DNA of 64,000 nt, from the NCBI GenBank assembly GCA_963741205.1, contig CAVUHW010000010.1, positions 32,001-96,000 of the forward strand. The letters are read 5' to 3'. The notes below the pieces were generated by a model. The model had not been told where the DNA came from. It searched no databases and saw only the letters and a program-made list of their open reading frames with translations. The DNA is from Nitrospirota bacterium (GTDB lineage Bacteria; Nitrospirota; UBA9217). Of the stretch, positions 57,266 to 64,000 are shown piece by piece; the first letter of the stretch is position 1; each line of letters starts with the position of its first letter. A program made the translations under genes and the position numbers.

Positions 57266-57565
57266 ATGGGGAAGAGCGAACGTCGTCAATTCACCCAAGA
57301 GTTCAAAAGAAATGCTGTTAATCTCGTAATGGAGAAAGGTGTTCCCGTGAGGAAGGTTGCGCGTGACCTTGATATTCATCCTAATCTGGTGCATCAATGG
57401 AGGCGGATGTATATGGCAGAAGGGAACGGCGCATTTGTGGGGACAGGGAATTTAAAGCCTGAGGACGCAGAGTTGAAGCGCCTCCAGAAGGAACTGGAGG
57501 AAGTCAAAGAAGAGCGAGATATTTTAAAAAAAGCCTTGGGCGTCTTTTCCAAACGAAGCTGGTAA
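57266..57565 (+). CDS. IS3 OrfA (HTH)
   Basis: RRQFTQEFK, VARDLDI, EERDILKKA. Confidence 0.9.
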   Translation: MGKSERRQFTQEFKRNAVNLVMEKGVPVRKVARDLDIHPNLVHQWRRMYMAEGNGAFVGTGNLKPEDAELKRLQKELEEVKEERDILKKALGVFSKRSW

Positions 57566-57613
57566 AGTATCCTGTTCATTGAAAAGTACCGGGAAGAGTA
57601 TCGGCTTACGAAG

Positions 57614-58417
57614 ATGTGCAAGGTATTGGGAGTCTCACGAAGTGGTTATTATGCGTGGAGGAGACGAAAACCTGGCAAGCGCTGGAACGAGAACGAGCTG
57701 CTTCTGGACCGTATTCAAGAGATCTACCAGAAGAACAGACGGGTTTACGGCAGCCCGCGGATAACTGAAGAGCTCCGTGAGCAAGGCAGCAGATGCGGAA
57801 AGAACCGGATCGCCAGGATCATGAAAGATAACGGAATTCGGGCAGAGGTGAAGAGGAGGTTCAGGAAGACCACAGATTCAAGGCATAACTACGCATTGGC
57901 CGCCAATTTACTGATTCAAGACGGCTATAAAGGCCCGCTATGGGCATCTGATATTACGTTTGTCCCGACCAGTGAGGGATGGCTCTATGTATCAGCGGTC
58001 ATGAGCGTGCAGTCCAGAAAGATCATCGGGTTGTCCATGAAGGACCAGCTGACGGAGGAGCTGGCAGCTACAGCACTGAAGCAGGCCGTGACCAGGGAGA
58101 AGCCGCCAGAGGGCTTGATCCATCATTCTGATCGCGGCAGGCAATATGCGAGTTATGGATATCAGGCGATCCTGAGACGATACGGCATAACGCCCAGCAT
58201 GAGCAGAAAAGGCAATTGCTATGATAACGCCTATATGGAGTCGTTCTTCAGCACGCTAAAACGAGAGCTGGTCCACGGTGAACGGTATCGAACGCGGGAA
58301 GAAGCGAGATTAAGTATCTTTGAGTATGTGGAAGTGTTTTATAATCGCATCAGGAAACACTCGGGATTGGGATATAAGAGCCCAGAGCAGTACGAAAAGA
58401 GCCTAAAAGAAACTTAA
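57614..58417 (+). CDS. IS3 OrfB (DDE integrase core), fused to OrfA by -1 frameshift
   Basis: WASDIT, HHSDRGRQY, GNCYDNAYMESFF. Confidence 0.92.
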   Translation: MCKVLGVSRSGYYAWRRRKPGKRWNENELLLDRIQEIYQKNRRVYGSPRITEELREQGSRCGKNRIARIMKDNGIRAEVKRRFRKTTDSRHNYALAANLLIQDGYKGPLWASDITFVPTSEGWLYVSAVMSVQSRKIIGLSMKDQLTEELAATALKQAVTREKPPEGLIHHSDRGRQYASYGYQAILRRYGITPSMSRKGNCYDNAYMESFFSTLKRELVHGERYRTREEARLSIFEYVEVFYNRIRKHSGLGYKSPEQYEKSLKET

Positions 58418-58456
58418 CTCGGTGTCCACTTTTTCGGGGGAAGATCAAGGTGAAAC

Positions 58457-58693
58457 TCACAGTCCCGATGAGTCAATATACTCTTCCCACTTCCGATTTG
58501 TCATCTTTGGGGAGCCATGCCAGACTCGGACATATTGCGTAGTACGACCGATATTTCGCGCTTTACCAATCGTGTTTAGGGCGCCGAAGAACAACACATT
58601 CCATTTGTAACTTTCGTCGAGTCCTACATCCTGTAATAGTCGGGATTCCAAGAATTCCTCGCAACAATCAATAGTACATGTCGAACTTCTCAT
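58457..58693 (-). pseudogene. Gene remnant of unknown family, paralogous to 44860-45040
   Basis: Nucleotide and peptide similarity between the two segments. Confidence 0.45.
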
Positions 58694-58830
58694 TATTGCG
58701 CGTCGTTCCAGTTGTTACCTTCGTGTACCTCCATCCTGTCCGCCGCAAATGTGATACGATAACACAAAGGGCATGATACAAGTCGTTCAGCAGCTTGGTA
58801 GAATAGATTCATGAGAGGACCCGTCACGGC

Positions 58831-58962
58831 ATGATTGCGGAGACGCACCCTGTTAAACCGGGAGGTAAACAGCCATGTCGGCCATGCCCCTATTGCCTCT
58901 CGAGTGTGCCACTCAAGGCAACCCGTTGTTCCCAATGCACATCGGAATTAAAGGCGGTGTGA
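58831..58962 (+). CDS. Putative 43-aa stand-alone zinc ribbon homologous to the MscL C-terminus (or an mscL remnant)
   Basis: MIAETHPVKPGGKQPCRPCPYCLSSVPLKATRCSQCTSELKAV; upstream gagagga. Confidence 0.45.
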   Translation: MIAETHPVKPGGKQPCRPCPYCLSSVPLKATRCSQCTSELKAV

Positions 58963-59041
58963 AAAAGTATGTGCAGCAGTTTCGCAGAAACTAATGAATG
59001 TGATCGCAACAGTGAGAAGAACAAGACATGAAAAGACTGGC
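58883..59041 (+). repeat. Diverged direct copy of 3546-3705 (mscL 3' end plus downstream region)
   Basis: Shared catgcccctattgc, ctcaaggcaaccc, caatgcacatcggaattaaag, aaactaatgaatg, catgaaaagactggc. Confidence 0.85.
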
Positions 59042-59280
59042 GAATTTTATTTAGAGTTCAAGGGATTCATACTATTCGTCGAAACTCGCATGATTGTACA
59101 TGCTCACGACAGGATCAGGATTTGCTTGATGTGAAGAATATCGCTTGAATCATGCGGTGCTAGGTCCTTCCTGTACTTCGCGTGAGTTTACTTTCTGGAA
59201 ATTACAGGCTTTTCTAAGAATTGTTGCAGAGGTTAGGATCATATGCCGGGACAAATAAGACCGGCCGAGGACAGCATTTG

Positions 59281-62269
59281 ATGAAGCTATCTTTCTCACC
59301 GGCGATCATAAAAAAGGTCTTCAAGATACTCGCTCTCTTTCTGGCGGTCATCGCGGTTACGGGATTTCTCATTCTTCCCGCTGTGCTCAGACCCGTTCTT
59401 GAGAAGAAAATATCCGAGGCAATCCATCGCCCGGTCGCTATCCGTGCGGTATACATCAATCCTTTCACGCTGGCCTTCGCGCTACGGGGGGTAACGATCA
59501 GCCAGCGGGACTCCTCCGAGGTCATGCTGTCCTTCGACGAGTTCTACGTGAACGTGCAGTCTTTGTCCGTGGTCAAAGGCGGGCTTATCGTCAGCAGCAT
59601 ACGCCTGGTCAAACCGTACGTGAACGTTACGAGAAACAGGGACCTCTCCTACAATTTTAGCGACCTGCTGACGACCGGAACGACGCCGACCAAAGGGGAA
59701 AAACCGAAAGAGCCCCTCAAATTCTCGCTCAATAATATTGAAGTGGTAAACGGCAGCGCCGACTTTTTCGATGCCCCCAGGAACACCCGCCATACCGTGC
59801 GGGATGTGAATATTGCGGTGCCGTTCGTTTCAGATCTTCCCTATGACCTCTCATCCTATGTCCAGCCCGCCTTCGAGGCAACGGTCAACGGTACCGCTAT
59901 CGCGCTTAAGGGGAAGACACTGCCGTTCAACGAATCGCTCGAGACAACGCTCGACATCAACTGGAAGGGGCTGGATATCCCGCACTACCTGACGTACAGC
60001 CCGGTGCCGCTCAAAATCCAGCTCCTGTCAGGTACACTCGATGTGCAGGCGACGATCTCGTTCCGAAAGTTTAAGGACCGGCCGCCCACGGTCTCTGTCA
60101 AAGGGACCCTTGGTCTCAACAACATTCGGCTGGCAGCCACGGGGACGAAGCGGTTCCTGGAATTCCCGTCGTTCTCAATCTCCTTCCTCCCCTCCGATCT
60201 GATGAAGAAGGAAGTTCATCTATCCGAAGTGAGCCTGCGCGCGCCGAAACTGTATGTGGAGCGCGACCGCGGCGGCGAACTGGTCATCATGAAGGCGATC
60301 CTGGAGCAGCTGGGAGTGAGCCAGGACAAGCAGGAACCTGCTCCCGAGAAAGCGGGCCCCATGCCGATCATTGATATCGACGCGTTCTCGATCCAGGACG
60401 GCATGTTGCAGTTCCTTGACTGGCAGCCCGTTCCTGCTGCGGAGGACGGGGAAGGTGCCACTCAAAAGCCGGCTAAAGTGCTGATCGAAGCCATCGAACT
60501 AAAAGCCAGCTCTCTTTCGACGCGCAAAGACAGCAAGGGAAAACTGGAGCTGTCGGTTCATGTCAACAGGAAGGGCACGGTGCGGACATCGGGTTCGCTC
60601 GGACTGGTTCCTCTCGATCTAGAAACGGCGGTGAACATCAACGGGATCGAACTCGCGCCGTTCCAGCCCTATATGGCGCAAAAAGCGGATGCGTTTGTGG
60701 GCCGATGGCAGGCTTTCCACGGACGGTATCGCACGCGTCTGGGCCGGGGAGGCCGGAGTCCTTTCCGTGACATACCGCGGCAGCGCATCGATCAGCCGCC
60801 TTGCCCTGCGCGACAGCAGCAACAACGACCTTCTGACCTGGAAGCTGTTGCAGTTCTCCGGGGTCGAGATGGGGTCCAACCCGCTCTCCCTGAAGATAAA
60901 GACGGTCGCACTCAGCGACTTCGCTGCGGGCATCGTTGTCGAAGAGGACGGCACGCTGAACTTTCAAAGGATTGCGAAGGCAGAGCCGGCTGAGGGTGAA
61001 ACAGCGCAGGAAGAAACAAAACAGGGACCTTCTCCTTCAGCCGAGGTGAAGAAGGCTCCTGCACAACAGGGAACCCCTCCGGACATTGCCATCGGGCAGG
61101 TGACACTTACGAACGGAAGCGTCAACTTCACGGACAGGCACATAAAACCGATGTACACGGCAAACCTTGTTGAGATCGACGGCAAGGTGTCCGGCCTGTC
61201 CTCGAGAAAGGACATGATGGCGGACGTGAACCTGCGCTGTTCCCTGGACCGGTACGCGCCGCTTGCGATAACGGGAAAGATCCATCCCTTCGGGAACGAT
61301 CTGTCTGCCGACATAAGGGCGGATTGCAAGGACATCGAGCTAAGCCTGCTAACGCCTTATTCGGGGACGTACATCGGCCACGCCATCGAGAAGGGCAAGC
61401 TTTCCTTCAGCCTGGAATATCACATCGTGAATAAGAAGCTTGAGGCAAAGAATGACATCTTTATCGATCAGCTGACGCTGGGAGAAAAGATCGACAGTCC
61501 GAAGGCGACCAATTTGCCGGTCGGCCTTGCCATATCGCTGCTCAAGGACAGGAAGGGCGAGATCAGGCTCGACATCCCGGTGACCGGAGAGATCGACAAT
61601 CCCGAGTTCCGCGTCTGGAAGGTGGTCCTGCAGGTGCTGAAAAACCTGCTCGTGAAGGTCGCTACCTCGCCGTTCGCTCTACTCGCCAGCATGATGGGAG
61701 GGGAAGAGCTGGGATATGTGGAGTTCGACTATGGCGCGGTCGAGGTCACAGAACAGAACCTGAAAAAACTGGACAGTTTGGTTGATGCCCTCTATAACAG
61801 ACCGTCGTTGAAACTGGAGATAGCGGGATATGTTGATCCGACTAACGACCGCGAGGGGCTGAGAGCCGGGCGCAAGAAGAACATGATCCTTGCCGAGAAA
61901 ATGAAGGATCTGTCCCGAAGGAACGAGCAACCGGTCTCGCCGGAATCGGTCCAGATCAGCGCCGCTGAATACCCGATCTATCTGAAGCAGGCGTACAAAA
62001 GCGGAAAATTCTCCAAGCCGAGGAACATGCTCGGCATTGCTAAAGACATTCCCGATGCGGAGATGGAAAAACTGCTCCTGGGGAGCATTCAGATAAATGA
62101 CGACGATCTGCGGCAACTTGCTTTAGAGAGGGCGCGTACGATCAGGGACGTGATCCTGAAGTCTCAAAAGATCGAGCCTGAACGCATATTCCTTATTGAG
62201 CCAAAGTCATTTCTGCCGGAACAAAAGGATAAGCTCAAGAACAGCCGAGTAGACTTCTCGCTTAAATGA
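59281..62269 (+). CDS. DUF748 (AsmA-like) repeat protein with an OmpA-like C-terminal region; frameshift near 60700
   Basis: INPFTL, NFSDLL, LTPYSGTYIG, LAISLLKDRKGEIRLDIPVTG, LYNRPSLKLEIAG, SRVDFSLK. Confidence 0.85.
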
Positions 62270-62346
62270 GGCTCCTCCTGTTCGTTGTACAAAGCAACGG
62301 CATCATCGAGTTCCTGACGGGCAGGGGTAAGAAAAAGAGTTTTCAT
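62270..62346 (-). pseudogene. RelE/ParE toxin fragment (about 25 codons)
   Basis: MKTLFLTPARQELDDAVALYNEQ, then collides with the convergent DUF748 stop codon. Confidence 0.65.
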
Positions 62347-62564
62347 GGGCGCCGGTACCTATTCATGACTTCCTGATAGGATACGGTAGGAATACGACCT
62401 GCCTTGTAGGCAGCCCAACGCTTACGAGCTTCTTCTACCCAAACACGGTCAATCTCCGGGTCTGGCTTGTCGAGGTCGGTGAGTATAACGTCCACCAGCT
62501 GCAGCTTTTCGATGTCCGACAAGGAATGGATCTCCGATGCAATTTTATCGACGGTTTTAGTCAT
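62343..62564 (-). CDS. Addiction module component (TIGR02574-like antitoxin)
   Basis: EKLQLVDVILTDLD, IDRVWVEEARKRWAAYKAG; ATGA overlap with the toxin fragment. Confidence 0.85.
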   Translation of the reverse strand: MTKTVDKIASEIHSLSDIEKLQLVDVILTDLDKPDPEIDRVWVEEARKRWAAYKAGRIPTVSYQEVMNRYRRP

Positions 62565-63140
62565 ACCAACCCTCCTTTGATTTTCTCTCAGCAGCATTTA
62601 TTATTTTAGCCTTTTCAAACATCCATCGCAACACCCTTTCCATGCTGTGTGGGGAGGCAGGGCTTATCAACCACTTAATCCGGATACCCTACAAAAAGAG
62701 AGCGCCTGGTTTATTTTTATGGCCCCGATCGGATCCTGATGGACCTCACACAGTATCCCGAAGAAGGATAATAGGACCAAACGATCATCATTACCGAGCG
62801 TAATACTTTGCGCAACGATCATGGCGAACCTGATGAATCATCCCCTCGGTTTTGGCCGTCCGCCGGGCTGTGCCCAAGGTGGAAAGAACCACAGCGAAAA
62901 TCCATGCAGTATGCTTCACAAGAAGAAAACATTGATGGCACAGCCTAAGCTGCGGAAAATTTCCTATTCTCAAAACTGTTAACATTACTTGAATTCATTG
63001 ATTTTGTGCTTTATTTTATCGTTTGAAAGTCTTATACTTTTCATAGCTTTCCGTATTCGTTATTTTCAAAATCAATCAACCCGCAGCCTTATTCTGGATG
63101 CCATCACAGATTTCGTCATCATCGAGTAAACGTTACGCAT

Positions 63141-64000
63141 ATGACGGATCAAGCCAAGACAAAAAAACAACTCATTGACGAACTGAAAGCCCTTCGCCGC
63201 GAGCTTCGGGAGGTACAAGCTCGCCCGGAAGACCCAGAAGGCAGATATCGCACGTTTTTCGAGACCACGATCGCCGGCAACATGATCAGCGATGAAGACG
63301 CGACGATGCTTTTGGTCAACAAGGGATTCGAAAAGCTGACCGGATTCTCCAGGGAAGAAATGGAAGGCCGGAAAAAATGGACCGATTTTTTTATGGCCCC
63401 CGACCTGGAAAGAATGATGACCTATCACCGGCAAAGGAGAATCGATCCTGGCTCGGCTCCGATGAGCTACGAAACCCGATTTATCGACAAACAGGGTCAG
63501 ATAAAGGACATCTTCCTGACGGTCGGCCTCATTCCCGGGACGAGGCAGAGCGCTATCTCCTGCATAAACATCACGGAGAGCAAGAAACTTGAGAAGCAGC
63601 TCCACCAGGCGCAGAAAATGGAGGCCATCGGCACCCTGGCCGGCGGGATAGCCCATGACTTCAACAATATTCTGGGCGCCATCATCACCAACGCCGAGAT
63701 GGCCCTCGAGGACGCCTGCGAAGGACGCGTCGACAAGGACCTTCTGGAAACCGTGCTCAAGGCCGCGCATCGGGGCAGGAGCCTGGTCAAGCAGCTGCTC
63801 ACCATCAGCCGGCGGAGTGAAAAGGAGAGGCAGACTGTCCGTGTTGAAAGCATTCTGCACGAAGTTCTCAAGCTGCTCCGCGCTTCCATTCCCGCCTTTA
63901 TCGAAATCAGGCAGGATATTTCCGGCGACGTGGGAACTATTCTTGCCGACCCGACGCAAATCCACCAGGTCATCGTGAATCTCTGCACCAACGCCGCCCA
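63141..64000 (+). CDS. PAS-domain sensor histidine kinase (partial, runs off the window)
   Basis: VNKGFEKLTGFSREE (PAS); QLHQAQKMEAIGTLAGGIAHDFNNIL (H-box); QVIVNLCTNA (N-box). Confidence 0.92.
   Translation, partial: MTDQAKTKKQLIDELKALRRELREVQARPEDPEGRYRTFFETTIAGNMISDEDATMLLVNKGFEKLTGFSREEMEGRKKWTDFFMAPDLERMMTYHRQRRIDPGSAPMSYETRFIDKQGQIKDIFLTVGLIPGTRQSAISCINITESKKLEKQLHQAQKMEAIGTLAGGIAHDFNNILGAIITNAEMALEDACEGRVDKDLLETVLKAAHRGRSLVKQLLTISRRSEKERQTVRVESILHEVLKLLRASIPAFIEIRQDISGDVGTILADPTQIHQVIVNLCTNAA

Larger units (their letters stand above)
57206..58447 (+). mobile_element. IS3 family insertion sequence
   Basis: IRL taagcctcccccgatttgatggacac and IRR gtgtccactttttcgggggaagatca; orfA/orfB layout with A7G slippery site at 57526-57533. 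Confidence 0.93.

Overview
GC-rich bacterial chromosomal segment; gene order suggests Nitrospirota or Desulfobacterota (inference). It carries many single-base indels that split even essential genes (rpsB, dnaG, rpoD), so these are most likely long-read errors. Positions 1-40 kb are mostly core genes: acyl-CoA synthetase, mscL, P-type ATPase, rnhA, thiolase, HD-GYP regulator, rpsB-tsf-pyrH-frr, rplM-rpsI-argC-argJ, rpsU-yqeY-mutS2-dnaG-rpoD-tRNA-Ile2, rnpB, mutY, a radical SAM gene and trpB2. Several families of palindromic intergenic repeats are scattered among them. Positions 40-59 kb are an accessory region. Its centrepiece is a 6.5 kb nest of four group II introns. Host intron A has a class E-like intron B inserted in a conserved ribozyme motif, and a head-to-tail pair (ORF-less C plus RT-encoding D) inserted at the conserved FFD codons of its reverse transcriptase. 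The putative EBS1 guide loops match those conserved intron motifs, while B and D have altered the same motif in their own sequence, suggesting intron-specialist hyperparasites with self-avoidance. Also notable: an IS110 with a candidate bridge RNA truncated by an IS3, a candidate small selenoprotein, a stand-alone copy of the MscL zinc ribbon, and a DUF1059-like protein with a cysteine-rich tail.
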